Notes under the pieces: model-generated
What the model was told of the DNA's origin: nothing
Database searches by the model: none
What the model saw: the letters and a program-made list of their open reading frames with translations, nothing else
Source: Octopus vulgaris
Lineage: Eukaryota
Direction: 5' to 3'
Assembly (NCBI GenBank): GCA_951406725.2
Contig: OX597820.1
Coordinates: 38,502,001 to 38,566,000 of the forward strand
DNA: 64,000 nt
Translations under genes and position numbers: made by a program
Shown here: positions 37,715 through 52,010 of the stretch, piece after piece
How the letters are laid out: every line of letters starts with the position of its first letter
How positions within the stretch are numbered: the stretch's first letter is position 1

Positions 37715-37986
37715 ATGTTACATTACTCGGTAGTCAAGATAAACCTCTGAGTTTCAGATGCCGAAGTGGAAATCCACAACACCATCTCTTCGGTTATCTG
37801 GCTATTTGAAAACGTTTTCAAATAGCCAGATAACCGAAGAGATGGTGTTGTGGATTTCCACTTCGGCATCTGAAACTCAGAGTTTTATCTTGACTACCGA
37901 GTAATGTAACATATTGTATAGATAAATTTCCTCTATTTACATAATATTGAGGTCTCTTTCTTTCTTTTGTTATCTTACCGTTTTAT

Positions 37987-37990
<4 letters not shown>
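37711..37990 (+). mobile_element. Zero-spacer 206-bp palindrome plus tail; pLTR-like module with hammerhead variant
   Basis: 37711-37813 is the reverse complement of 37814-37916 (one mismatch seen). AGATAA CCGAAGA GATG...CATCT GAAAC TCAGA GTT TTATCT at 37828-37890. Embedded in (TA)n. Confidence 0.85.
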
Positions 37991-38034
<44 letters not shown>

Positions 38035-41000
38035 GTATGTGTGTGTGTGTGTAATACAATCTAAATAATGAGATGTTATATAGTGCGGACAGAGTAATTT
38101 TATACGATCGTTAATCGTAAAGTTTCTATAACCTATAGTTATAAATAATTTGCTATAGTCTTCTTTTTTTTATGAACTATGAGTCAATTGAAAGAATGCA
38201 AACGAGTATTACTTACAATTTCAAGGGTAGAACGGTTTTAATAAGAATTACCGATGTTAAATGTTTCTTGGTTTTAAGGGATTAAGTATATCTGTTTTAG
38301 ATTAAGTAGTTTATTGATATCTAATAAAATATTTGTTTAGCATAATTAATATTCTTCCCTTTTTGTTTTCATTATAAGAAGGCACTGATGCTTTGATGTC
38401 CCTGTATTTTGTTGTGTTTTGTAGACAAAGTATCAAGATTAAATAAGTAATTACCTAGTCTAGGTAAATTATTTTGTATTTTTCCCCTGAAAATTGTGTG
38501 TAATCATAACTCCATTTAAAGGAAATATAACTACGTTCTATGTAATAAAGGGTGATGTAATGAAATTTCATCTTCAGATAATATTGTGTGCTAAACAGCA
38601 CGCATTAAAGGGACATGTGGGAGTCGTTCTAAAGTTACAATATAAGCCTACATTTTTTAAAGCTGATTCACCTTTAAAAGGCTCTGAAATTATATGGTTA
38701 TCTTATGTTTCTACTATGTTAAGGTTATTATTGATATTATTTACGTTATCTTCTTTTCCCTTACATTTTTCCTTTTTATATTTGATTTCTGATATTGCTA
38801 TACACAAAGTTAAATTGTAAAATGTTTGATTTCAACTGTAGTAGATAATTTTCACTTTATTTAGCATGAGAATAATAAATATTAATTTTTTCCGTTATGT
38901 TATTATCTTGGTATACACAACAAGCATATTTTATATTGTGATCCTTTCTTACACTCTCATCAGTGCTATAGCTATTGCAAAGGGTTGTGGACGTATGCTT
39001 TGGTTTAGCCTTATTATTTTGAGTATTTTTAATGTTATCTGGCTTTATGCCGAAATTTGAAACCAATATTTTGAATGTCTTACATTTTATCTCTATCCAA
39101 ATTAGTTAGATAAGTCAGATGAGAGTTTAGTTTCTTGTGTGTTTGTGTGTGTGTGTGTGTGTTACTCTGCAACAATTTTTCATTTTACATAGAATGGTTC
39201 GTCAAAACATTCTATAATATTCCAATATTTGGTTTTATAAAGTAAGAAATTCTAAGCCTGATACATGTGGTTAGGATCAAACTTTCTACTTAATATATAA
39301 AGTAAATTTTATATATACTTCTAATAATGATCTTTTTGCATATGATGAATTAAATCATGTTCCTTTTTCTCGTGATAATCTGTTTTTCGTACGTGGTACT
39401 TCATTGGTGACACATTCTAATTACCCTTAGTAGTCTATTTGAAGAGGTTCTGTAAGAGTTATCAGTTTTAGCTATGTCAGTATGGATTAATTTACCTCTT
39501 ATTCAAGTTTGAAATTAGACATTTTAATACGAATATTAAGTGTGTTATGGGCCTGTGATTTAAACATTATTAGATAATTGCTTTCACTTTGTTTTCTTAC
39601 TTTTTAACTCTGTGGTTACTTGCACATTGACTCTCGAGATATTTATATCCACTGATTTCGTTTGTTATTTTGTTCATTTCTCTGACCGTCAGTAGAATTA
39701 TAAGTTTTCATTTTTTGGTAATATCCGGATTCTTGAGTGTTGTCTTTATTCCTGAATCTATTCCTAGTTACATTTCATCGTGGTAATTATATTAACTTCT
39801 ATTATATTTGAATTACCCCTATTCGTTTTCTTCGTAACAATTTTACCTTTTGAAAGCTGAATTAAGGAAATGTGTGGATTACTGGTATTTTTCGTATGTT
39901 TATGTACATAATTTACGCTAAATTTAGAATTACTTGTGTCAATGGACCTTATTTTTAAAATCAGTTTTCAATAAAGCATAATTTGAATATGAAGTTATTA
40001 CTAAATACTTCTATGTCAGAGAACAGAATGGATATTCTGAGAGGAATATTTTTTACAAGGTTGTTTACATTTTTTAGCATGTAACGTGTTGGACGCTTTT
40101 CAAGTCTAAGTTGAGAACGAAAATGAGCACATTTTTAAAATTCTTGCTGAAAGCACTAGAGTTGAATTCTTAAACAAGATTAATAGTTGTTTTCTTTTTT
40201 TACAGAATCTCTTTGGGGCAGTTTGATCAATATAATTTAATCACAAAAATGGGTCATCCGTATATTTTCCTCCAAAAGTTCCGAAAAACTGATTTCGCCT
40301 TACGTAGCAGGAAGAGTCCAACAATATCTATTAATTGTGAACAGTCCGAAATAGACTTCAGATATATTGTGTGTTCATAAGACTCCGTTACATTGGATAT
40401 TCTTCTAGAAATTATAATGTTTTCTTCTTTACTAGTATTTCCCATTTCAGAATCGAATATCAGTCCTTTGTTCAGAAGATTTGTTATATCGAAACGTAAT
40501 AGTTATCAATATCAAATATTTCTACGGAAGAAGTACGTTGTCCTTTTGTTTTCAGTTTTCAAAGCTTCTAAACCATCCTTGTACATCATCACTGTATTCC
40601 CATAAACAAAGTTTAATATTTTCATTTATTTTAGAGATAATCTTTGCTAATTTATTCGATGGTCTATTATGATGGACATATAAACTTGAAGAAAGTATCG
40701 TTTTAAGGTTCTCTTTGTAGTCTGTCTAATTTCATTTATGTAGGTACAAAAGGTTCATTTATACAAGCTAATCCTATTTAATTAGGATAGAGCATCCTTA
40801 GTCGTTAATACTATCTAAGATTTATTACTTTTTTCTGTAGTTCTGAAATTTCTGGTGGATGAAGTTATTATAATTATAAGCCATGCAGTATACATTTCCA
40901 GTTTTATCGAGATGTAGAAGTAGATTTTCGTATTTTCGTTGTTTCAATATCTTTGGTAATCCTCTCCAGGTGTTGCTGAAATTTACAATTAAATTTTCTT

Positions 41001-41399
41001 TAATTGAACGATTTTAAATCAGATTCATGTGACCTTCCTCACACTGCATGAGTTAATGGCAGGGTGGTGGATTTCAGAACGAGTAATTCTAAAACATTTT
41101 TCTTTCGAAATTTAGTGTTTCTTAGGTAATCACAACTTGTTATCAAGAAAGGAAACCCTCTGCTTCATTCGTCAAATAAAATAATTAATTTTGTTGTAAT
41201 ATTTCCGGCATCATTATCGACTAGGTATTGGTATGGTGTCTAAAGACGTTCCCAAATCACTTGAGATTAACTGTATGTTACAATTACATCTTCCGTGAGA
41301 AAGAAATGCTGTTTCACATGAGATAGCGTAATCGGTAATCATCTCGTAGGTCAGACGATCACTGTAGTAGGAATTACAACATACGTTTAATATGCTCAG

Positions 41400-42110
41400 A
41401 CATACTGTAAAAGTGACTTAAATCGATTCTCTACAATCATGTCCAAAGAAAACAGCACCGAATGAAAAGGCGAGTTTCCATTCTCAAGCTATGATTACAA
41501 CAGAGACAATCAATTCTATATATTTGGTGGGATGTGAAAGATAGTATTTATCATGAAGTATTGAGCCACGTCATCGATGGCAATAATTGCACAATTATTT
41601 GTAGAAAAATCACCCTGTCCTATAGAATATATTGCTCCTACGCGATAATGCAATATCGAAACCCAGTATAACCATCACGACTATCAGTTTGGTAAGGGTA
41701 CACCAGGCACATGCATCACATATCATGCATCTCATATCAAGATAAACATTGCATGACCTTCCAGGTGGAGCCCAGTTAGTATTTTCTTCAGGTTCAGTAG
41801 CCAATGCCACTCAAAAAGTCCCTGATGTGTGATATTGATGCGTGAGCCAGGAAAAGATAATGACTCATTATGGGAGACCGGACTCGTCCTACTCTTCAAC
41901 TTTCTATTACACCATCTGATTATCCTCTTTGCTGTTCAGCGCAACAGTATTTAAAGAAAAAGCAGTTTATTAATCGTGAAAATGTTACATATGATACTGA
42001 GTTTTCCTTTGATCAGAATTTGAAGAATTGTAAGCCTGAAGCTTAAATATTTCCTATGTCGATGTAATTATGTTATCAAAAACGGGGGAAATGTTATCTT
42101 GATAAATATA
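41400..42110 (+). mobile_element. Highly decayed mariner remnant interrupted by a Dong-like 3' end
   Basis: IWWDVKDSIYHEVL at ~41522 and TPSDYPL at ~41908. 41650-41826 is the reverse complement of 43160-43350. Confidence 0.5.
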
Positions 42111-42163
42111 CTAATTAACACTAAAGATTCATTTCTATCTTTCGCAAGCTTTTCTTTCTAAAC

Positions 42164-42269
<106 letters not shown>

Positions 42270-42970
42270 GCCAAAAATATCAGAAATAGAAATAGAACAT
42301 TTAAAAGAAAAAATACATCAGGAAAATGTAGATAGAAGCCACACCACAATGCCCAATAATATAAACACTGAAACAGTAAAACACGAAGACAAACGTAACA
42401 TTTCCAACAAAAACGATGTAAACAAAAAACAACAAACCCAGACCGTAAGGATGCATAATAATACACGACAAACAGCAAGCCAAAACACGACAAACAAACA
42501 TACAAATGAGAAAGTAAGTGACACAAATCTAAAACCTGGAAAAAACGAAGGGGAGCCTAATGATTATGATACTATAAAAAATAAAATAATCAAAGAACTG
42601 AAATCCACAGAACTTAAAATGGACCACCTACCATACCCCCCAAAAATCAATATAGACAAAAGAACAATACCAATTATAAACAGCATAAATCTAGCCGTCA
42701 CGGAACTAATAGCCACTGAAACAAAAAGCGATATCACGGAGCTAAATGATTTAGTATACGCAGCAGCCACTGCAGCCACAAAAGAAGCTGGATTACTCAC
42801 TCAAACCCATCCAAACAGGTGTACCACCACCCAAACAAACCGTGTGGATAAATAACATCCAAAACAAAATACAAAAAATGAGAAAAGATCTGTCGATTCT
42901 TAATGAAATCAGTAGACAATCAACGCTACTGAGCAAACAAACTTTGATGGCATGAACTGCTCTATCAGTC
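42270..42970 (+). mobile_element. Dong/R4-like element: N-terminal ORF region joined to the 3' terminus, within (TAA)n
   Basis: ITELNDLVYAAATAA and PWINNIQNKIQKMRKDLSILNEI resemble the R4/Dong pre-RT region. Ends CTTTGATGGCATGAACTGCTCTATCAGTC(AAT)n. Confidence 0.65.
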
Positions 42971-42995
42971 AATAATAATAATAATAATAATAATA

Positions 42996-43386
42996 AATGC
43001 CCTGATGCAGTACAGGGCAGTGGCTCTCATTGCTTCTGATCTTAATTGATTGGAAGTTTTATCATGTACATAGCCATGTGTTGAGAGGAATTCTTTGGGG
43101 TTTGGATAATTCACTATTGAAAATATGGATGTTTTGTTTAACATCCTTGCATAACCCTTATTCAGGGACCTTTTGAGCGGGATGGGCTACTGAGTCTGAA
43201 GAAAATTCTAACCAGGCCCCACCTGCAATGTCATGTGCTGTTTATCTTGATATGAGATCACTATGTCACGCACGTATGGTTGTGATGCATGTGCTTGGTG
43301 TACTCTTATCAGACGGGTGGTCATAATGGGTATACTGGGTTTTATATATTTTACCTCAGTGTCACTTCGATGGCATGCACTCACTC

Positions 43387-43387
<1 letters not shown>
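42996..43387 (+). mobile_element. Dong-like 3' end inserted in (AAT)n
   Basis: Flanked by (AAT)n on both sides; terminus CTTCGATGGCATGCACTCACTC is shared with 42942-42970. Another copy lies inverted at 41650-41826. Confidence 0.6.
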
Positions 43388-43453
<66 letters not shown>

Positions 43454-43921
43454 TTAATAATAATAATAGTAATAATAGTAATGATATGTAGATAGATATA
43501 AATATAAACAGATAGATATATATGTAAATGTGTTTGAGAGTGTATGTGCGAGCGCGCGAACATGAATTGAAATCTGCATAGATGTCTTCCTTGGTGTATT
43601 CTACTCAACACTTCATTCCCACCCGAACCATACGTACATACATACATACATGCAAAAAGACACATGCACACAACTATACACATATACACGTACTCTTAGT
43701 ATCCTTTCTCTCTGAATAGATGCCAGTAAAAAAAAAAAACTGTCAGGTTTATGACGTCAACTGCCACATTAATTTAATGACAAGACAAGTCGGTAGGCGT
43801 TTGCTTGAAAGAAACTAGAGAAACTGCGTTGATATACCAACACAGTGCTGCAGGCTGCGTACTCTATTCAAATATTTCAGAGATAGATAAGAACTGTTCA
43901 TGCAAACTAGCAGACAGACAG

Positions 43922-44009
<88 letters not shown>

Positions 44010-44034
44010 ACGTATATATATATACATATATATG

Positions 44035-44134
<100 letters not shown>

Positions 44135-45011
44135 CGTATGTGCGTGTGCCTCTGTGTGTGTATACATTCTCATATTAAAAACAAAATGGCGTAAATACAT
44201 TTGAACACCTACTTAAATATTCACATTAAACATCGCGATATAACATATATACAAAACACACAGAGAATCTATCCACACATGTATATGTGTATATGCATAT
44301 ATATATAATGTGTGTGTGTGTGTGTGTGTATATTATATATGTATATATTTATATATATGTTTTATTGCACATAATTATAAATATCTATCAAAAGTACGCG
44401 TTTGTGCTTCTTTAACCGAGTGTGTGTCTTTGTATGTGTGCAGGCGCTACGTCAATGTGTATCCAGACTACAAATTGATGAATATGTCATTACAACATTT
44501 CCTGAACTTGATACAATAATGGAATATATTTGAGTAATTCGAGGTGAGAAGGAATAAGTGGATAAAGGAATTGACGAATGAATGAATAAATGAATAGAAT
44601 ATTCCTATATTTTCTATTAACACACAAAATTACAAATAAAACAGTTTGTAGAGTCGTTTAAGTAAACACAATCAAAAGTTTCTGTAATGGATGAACCCTT
44701 CAGGTTATACATACTCTAAAGATTGACTGAAACAAAACGAGGAAGTATCAAATAAAAATCTTCGACTTAGTTTGTATTTGTTTGTATCTTTATTTGTTTG
44801 TTTCTATAACTTACCATCGTCAGTGCTCCTCCGGCGGGCATAATATATGTGCAATGTTTATATATAACAAGATTTACCATTGTACTAAAGCTTGTATCAC
44901 ATAAACACGTATATATTAAAAATGTATGCATACCTTTGCTACTCTTGGCTGAATGCATGATTGCATTAATGTAGTATATATGTACAGGTGTATGTATGCA
45001 TATATATATAT

Positions 45012-45061
<50 letters not shown>

Positions 45062-45401
45062 GTTGTGTGTGTGCATGCGTTTGCAGATATACTTCCATAT
45101 ATCTGTGAATATAAAATTACATATTGCATACACACAAACATACACACACACGCACACGAGCACACACAAGCGGGCGCACACACACACATATATATATATA
45201 TATAACATGATAATTCGGATACCCAATTTTATTATTGTATTCTCGAGAAAAGCAAAACTTGTTTTATTCTTCCAACCAACCATTTCAATTACTAAAGACT
45301 GGAACGAAACTAATAGAATTTATTTTGCTCTGAATATAACCCAAAAGTGTAAAAACTTTTGTGTTCTATGACGTGATATTCATAGAAACTAATGATATTG
45401 A

Positions 45402-45636
45402 AGGCGGCGAGGTGGCAGAAACCTTAGCGTGCCGAGCGAAATATTTTATCGGTATTTCGTCTGCCGTTACGTTCTGAGTTCAAATTTCGTCGAGGTCGAC
45501 TTTGCCTTTTATCCTTTTGGGGTCGATAAATTAAGCACCAGTTACACACTGGGGTCGATGTAATAGACTTAATTCCTTTATCTGTCCTTGTTTGTACCCT
45601 CAATGTTTAGCCCCTTGTGGGCTATAAAGAAATAAG
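45402..45636 (+). mobile_element. tRNA-derived SINE, family 1
   Basis: AGGCGGCGAGGTGGCAGAA...GAGTTCAAATT...GTCGACTTTGCCTTT...GTCGATAAATTAAGCACCAG. Confidence 0.85.
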
Positions 45637-45649
45637 GAACTATTGATAT

Positions 45650-45933
45650 TCGTTTCAAATTGTGACGCAAGGCCATCATTTTCGGGGAAGGAGTAACGAT
45701 GAACGGCAAAGTCGATCTAAGCGGAATTTGAACTTAGGAGGTAAAGTCAGACGAAATGCTGCCAAACATTTTGCTCGCCGTATAAAACATTCTGCCATCG
45801 TTGTAGGTCGTTGCCCTGAAATATGTTAAAACATTGTTAATATATATTCTCAATTCTTGAAGAGCAACACTTTACTATTCTTTGCTCATTAAAGAACGTC
45901 TTTTGACAAGTGCATTGTATGTAGAACGGAAAA

Positions 45934-45979
<46 letters not shown>

Positions 45980-46665
45980 ATATTAATAATAATAATAATC
46001 ATTTCTACTTAATGCTCAAGGGCTGAAATTTTGGGAGCAGGTGGGGGGAGAGTCAGTTATATCGATCCCAGTGTTTCATTGGTACTTAATTTATCGACTC
46101 TGAAAGGTTGGAAAGCAAAGTCGCCGCCGAAAAGATGAAAGGCAAAGTCGTCCTCGACGGACGAAATTATGCTAACTATTTTGTTTTGGCGTGCTCCGAT
46201 TGAGCCAGCTCCCCACCTTACGGCAACAAAGAATAATAATAAATTCTGAGCAGTTGTGTTAGATTAGAAATTACTAATTAAATTGAAGTCATTGTTTTGC
46301 AGAATCGCTTTACCATAGGAAAATATCCCTAATCCAATCCAAAGTACGACAGCGTTTTCCTTGTAATATATTGCAGCATCCCTTGAGTACTGAGCTGCTG
46401 CTTTCGCGGAGTCGTTAAATTGTTTGAAAAAATGCTTTATGGTATTGTACCTACTCTTTAAGCTAGGTGTTAAATTGACATTAAATTTTCCCCTTGTAAT
46501 TAACAAAATAATAGTGGTTTCAAATTTTGGCACAGAGTCAGCAATTTCGGGAGAGCTCAGCAGTTATTTATTTTATCAACTCGAAAGGGCGAAATACAGA
46601 TCATCCTCGACGGAATTTGAACAGCATTTGTCCCGTGTGCTAACGATCTCCCAATTTCCCACCTT
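45650..46665 (-). mobile_element. Cluster of three decayed family-1 SINE copies (about 45650-45800, 46000-46220, 46515-46665)
   Basis: Repeated GGCAAAGTCG..C..CGGAATTTGAAC and TTTCAAATTTTGGCACA segments. Confidence 0.65.
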
Positions 46666-47779
46666 AGACACAGTTAAATGTCCTTTATCATATAGTCTAA
46701 TACTTAACTCAATATCAAAGACTAACTTCTACCTTGAAAATTGTTGCATTTTTGCCAGAATGAAAATAAACAATATTTTAATGACAATTCTGATACAAAT
46801 ACTAGTAATTATATTAACGATAATAGTAACATTTAGTTGCATATACAAAGGACCATAAATATGAGGGAGTTTCAGTCAATATACTTGCTTATAGTGTCTC
46901 AATTGTAGTGCAGTTTATCGAACATGGAATAATATATAAGCTATTTTGAACACCTCGGGATTCGAACATAGAAATACATATGACATGAAATACATATACA
47001 CAAAACCCTACACAAACATAATGGAAAAACATAGCTATTTCTTTTTAGCAAGTTCAATATAAGCTCGTCCTTATGCAGTCATAGTATAGAGGCGAATATT
47101 TTAAGGTTTCATAAATTTATTACAATTTCTTGTCTCTCACCATATTGCCCGGTCCCTCCATGATATAAAAATTCTACTATAATTAGAACGGCTATGAAAC
47201 ATTTCCATCTTCAAATCGGTTCTTCATTATTTTCATCGTGTACTCATCAAGCAATCTGTTAAGAATCGAGTGCCCCATTCCATTCGAAAGTAATTTTACT
47301 TGCAGTCCTGTCATAAACTTATGAAATATACATGTATTCAGGTATATATTTCTGTCCGCATATATATACAGTGTGTCCCAGAATTAACTATCTCTTTCAG
47401 TAGTGAAATCGGAAATTGTTAACTATGTATTAAACATGTATAATTTTTTTAATTTTCTTCATAAGTTTTAGAATGTTTATATTATTTAAAACAATTTTCA
47501 TTTCATTTCTATTGGATCCCACTTATCTGTCCACGACAGCTTTTTTGTCCTTTGGCTGTAATCATTTTCTCTACTTCCATCCCCAGGATAAAGCAATAGT
47601 TTAGCTGAACTGAAATGCTTCAAAAAATGTTCTGTAGTCCGAGGTGGGGATTTTATAATTTGCAGGGATAACGTTTAAGTGTATGACGTATAAATCTACT
47701 TCTTTTGGTATCATAATTAAGTAATAAGCACAAAATTCTGTCAGTTTTTTTAAAAAACTTAACCTATTTCACTGAAATA

Positions 47780-48986
47780 TTGCGTCATCTCATACATAAT
47801 GCGGTTTTTATATACTTTTAATTTTCAAAATTAAAATAAACAATTGCGTTTTTTAAATCTAAAATATACTCTATTTCATTTTCTACAACGCTCTTCCATC
47901 TATCTGATCCTTCTTCCAAAATTCACTTTCCGTAACGAAAAATACTCCTGCAGTACTGTTCTGATCACACTTACTGAATTCATATTATTTTTCCCGTCCA
48001 TAAAATTTTGAAGACTGTGAAATAAATGATAATCAGATGGAGAATATCCGGCAAATATGGTGGGTGGGGCGTCGTTTTCCTTTCAAACTGCTCTAGCCTT
48101 TGGAATGTCATCCTCGCTGCACGTGGCCGAACATTATCTTGATGGAAGAACACCTTTCGTCTTGAAACTAAAGATGGTCATTTTTCTTCTAGCACCGACT
48201 TAACCCGCTCGAGCTGCTCGCAGTAGATCTCCTTCCTTTGTTATCTTTCGGTTTGAATGTAAAAGTTCAAATTGGACGAAACAGATAGCAACACCTAACG
48301 TGGTTGAAGACCTTCTTTAGCCTGGGGTGCCGGTGTTTCTCACTGTCTTCGACACTTGACATTTTGAGATCCCATTTCTTCTCACCAGTCACTATTCGGG
48401 CCAAAACAGATTTATTCTTGAGACGAAACAGCAACCAAGAACACACATTCACTCTTTGAATGCGAATAGACTCGGCAAGTTTGTGAAAAATCCATTGACC
48501 CAATTTGCAGACTTCTCCGATGGTACGCAGGTGTCGATGGTTGAGTGTCCAAATCTAAGCTTCTCTGCTAATTCCTCAACAATTACGATGGAATTTTGTT
48601 CCATCAGGTTTTTCAGGAGGACCTCGTCGAGCTCTGTAGATCTTCCAGGACGAGGTTCGTCTTCTAGGCTGCAGATTCTGACTCGGAATTTCTGGAACCA
48701 CTGTTTACACTTACTTACGCTTATTGTCCGATTCCCGTATACTGCATTAATATTCCTCACGCTTACTGTGGCGTAGTTGCCTTTATTGAACTCATAAAGT
48801 AAAATATACCGAATAGGCTTCTTTGTCACATTATAGCTTTGAAAAAATAAGTGTTTAAATCAAACTGCTTTCTTCAAAACTTGCACTAAGAATAAGGATA
48901 AGGTAAAATTATGACCTGCCTTTATAGCATGTTGATGCAGGTAGTTTATCCCGTCCTCACTTCGCATTATTTATAGGATGACACAA
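47780..48986 (-). mobile_element. Complete but decayed mariner
   Basis: TIRs TTGCGTCATCTCATACATAATGCG / CGCATTATTTATAGGATGACACAA with TA flanks. IRYILLYEFNKG..WFQKF..LEDEPRPGR, RIVTGEKKW, HQDNVRP, HPPYLPD and SDYHLFHSLQNF motifs, with frameshifts. Confidence 0.9.
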
Positions 48987-49051
48987 TACATAGGTATAGC
49001 TAATTCTGAGGCACCTGTATATGATATACATACATATATATATATATATAC

Positions 49052-49130
<79 letters not shown>

Positions 49131-50307
49131 AGTGTGTATGTGTAAAGAGTGAGAATAAAAGTGAGAATATAACTTCAAGATAGCCGCAGAGATAGGGATA
49201 TTGGTTGCGAGTGAAACGCGTTAATGATAAATTCTGGAGATGATAACGATACGAAATATATAGGAATCGTAAACACATACATAACTAGATATATACAGCG
49301 TAATATCTCCCTTATGTATAGAAATATAATCGATTCCTATCTCAACAAGTCCGTAAACTGCAGAGGAAATGATCAAACACTATTCTTATAAGCAGAAACA
49401 TTGTTGAAAATAAAAGCCATGTTCGAATGCAATGCAAATATGATTTGTATGTGTGTTTGATGATCTTAAAGCGTTTCAAAATGTTAAATATTAAAGGCCG
49501 ATTATTTCTATGTTTATAGGCATATGAACAATGATACATTCTAGTGAATATATTTCAACGACCGTCATCACGCCTGGCTGGTCATAGGTTTAGCAAAATG
49601 TACACATATTAATATTATATGCAGTGTGGGAAAATGTGTCACATTTAGAAACGTATCATGTAACCCGTATATTTCAACTCCTGTTTCTTCATTTAGTCAT
49701 CGAATGTTTATTAGGGTGACGATGGTACTTTCTCGGAAGCTTAAAGTCTGAAATTATCTTCAGGCCTTTAGCTTCCCAATAAAATGTGAATATTTTCAAA
49801 AAGAAAATGTACGTAAATAGTTTCAATAATTCGTCTATGTTATCCATGTTGTGTATCCAAGTCAAGTAGTCCTGGATCTCTTGTATTGAAAGAAATATCG
49901 CAGTTAGATAAAAACTGGCATTATCGAGGTGATATATAATCAGTTTCACAAGAACAAACATTCAAATATTCATGAAATAATCTTACATACATGTATAAAA
50001 AAACGCATGCATATACGTATATGAACATGTATACATGTGTGTACACACTAAACCAAATGCACACATATGTATATGAATTATTAAAATGGCTACACGCAAT
50101 TAAACGCCAAAAGGCAGAAATACAATGGTCACTAAAAGCGATTAAGTGTACATGTTAGTACCAGCTTTACTAGAATTAAAAGTCAAAACAACTCTAATCT
50201 TCGAAAAGAGCCTTTTCTGATCCATAGAGCGCTGTGTATTGACTGACGTATATATATGTGTGTGTGTGTAGAAAGAGAGAGGGAGAGAGAGTGAGAGTGA
50301 GAGAGAG

Positions 50308-50871
50308 AGAAATGATACATTTCTAAATCTCTCAGGGAGATTTATGCAGTTGTAACACGATAAAGTGATGGTATGTTGTCAACTTAATGTGACAGTCCTA
50401 TGAATGGGAATAATACTACTACTATTTAGCCCTAAGAAGAACCGCTTCCTGTCGGCCTTGACACATTTCTTGTGACCTTATGTTTAGAAAGGGGGAGATA
50501 AGCACCTCCACCCAGCAAAGCCGGCATCCAGAGACTCACTTCTGAGTCATTGCTCGTCATCAGTCCGGAGTAGCATGGCTCTGCTAGATGTCGATGCCCA
50601 TCTGCTCCTGTAAATATATAATAATTCAAGTGAAATACATTCACTGATTTCGAAAATAGAAGCGGTGCTTCCTAGGGCTAGCAGTAATATTATTCCCATT
50701 CATGGAACTGTAACATTAAGTTCACAACATACCAACACTTTATCATGTTACTACTGTATAAATCTCTCTGAGAGATTTAGAAATGTATTATTTCTATTTT
50801 CGAAATCAGTGAATGTATTTCACTTGAATTATTATATATTTACAGAGGCAGATGGGCATCGACAACTAGCA
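50308..50871 (-). mobile_element. ORF-less ~350-nt unit with permuted inverted duplication and hammerhead-like motif
   Basis: A (50308-50448), X, B (50582-50661), then revcomp(A) 50659-50795 and revcomp(B) 50792-50871. Minus strand TCCGGA CTGATGA C GAG CAATGA CTC AGAAG TGA GTC TCTGGA at 50527-50569. Confidence 0.7.
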
Positions 50872-50959
50872 AGGCACACACTTTTGTTGTTTTTTGAAGA
50901 ATTCTAGGCGATTGTTGTGCGAAGCCGCTATTGTTAGATGGTAGTGAATAATTGAAAAG

Positions 50960-51711
50960 ATGAAAAGTTATGCGGATACTACTGGAAATCGAGTTTCCCT
51001 GGACCCACGTGCACTGAAGCCGGAGATGATTCAGTGGAATAAGGAGTTGATATAAAAAGATTATGGTATGGCAAAGAAAGAAGGGTCAAATGTGAAAATG
51101 TCCCTACCAGAGGAGGAAAAATTGAAAATGGAGCGGAAGACGGCTATATTCAGAACATTTTCGAATGAAAATAGAAGAATAGAACACGCGCCGCAGGAAG
51201 AGGTAGAAGAAATCTCAGAAGAATAAATAGGAGACAGCGTGACGTTCTTTAGATGAGGAAAGAGATATGCGTCGATAATTGTAACCTTTGTATCAGAAGA
51301 GGAGGCTAAAAAACCGACAACAGGCTGATACAGGGAGAAAAATGGACGTTGATGCTGAACTGTTTGGGCAAAAGAATCGTTAGAATTAGGGTGGGAAGAA
51401 TCCCACCGTCGACAGACCCAGAATGAATAATAGCAGCAATTTTTAATTCGGAGCTGAGGAAGAAAAGCGAAGACCTAAAAATTGGCATGATAAGCCTAAC
51501 GTAACAAATGAAATCTTGGGGCTACGGATTAGAGATAATCTGTGCAGTGAGCTCGGAATATTATGATGAAATGCCAGAAACTTTGGAACTACCAAATGAA
51601 GAAAAACTGGAGATAATGTTGGAGGGGAGACCCCAGAAGTGTTACAGATGTGGTGAAAGAGGTCACTTGAGAAAGAAATGCCCTAGAGCAGCAGTGGAAA
51701 TAGTGGAGTAG
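50960..51711 (+). pseudogene. L1/Tx1-like LINE ORF1 remnant with CCHC zinc knuckle
   Basis: MKSYADT start and EGRPQKCYRCGERGHLRKKCP knuckle; multiple stops; purine-rich strand bias. Confidence 0.65.
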
Positions 51712-52010
51712 AGTATTCAGGAGAATATAGAAGGCAGAACATGACGGAAACTTTGCGGAGGTGAAAGCCAGAAAAATGGTTTGAGGGTCGGCACAATTTT
51801 ACTATTATGACTCCAACACCTTAACCACTAAATCAGGCGCTACCACACTCGTTGACTTTACTAGTTTCAAAAATGGTGTAACGAATTCAAAATTTGGAAA
51901 CTCTTGTTAACTGAATTAGAGATGTTTTGTGTGCTTCATATCTATAATACTATCTTTATTCTCTTAACTGGTGGAATACCATCCTACTCGTTGAACTTCA
52001 TAACACACAG

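Noticed and set aside
38430-40990. AT-rich stretch with faint LINE RT-like traces on the minus strand
   Set aside because: Motifs are too degraded to assign by eye; needs a profile-HMM search.
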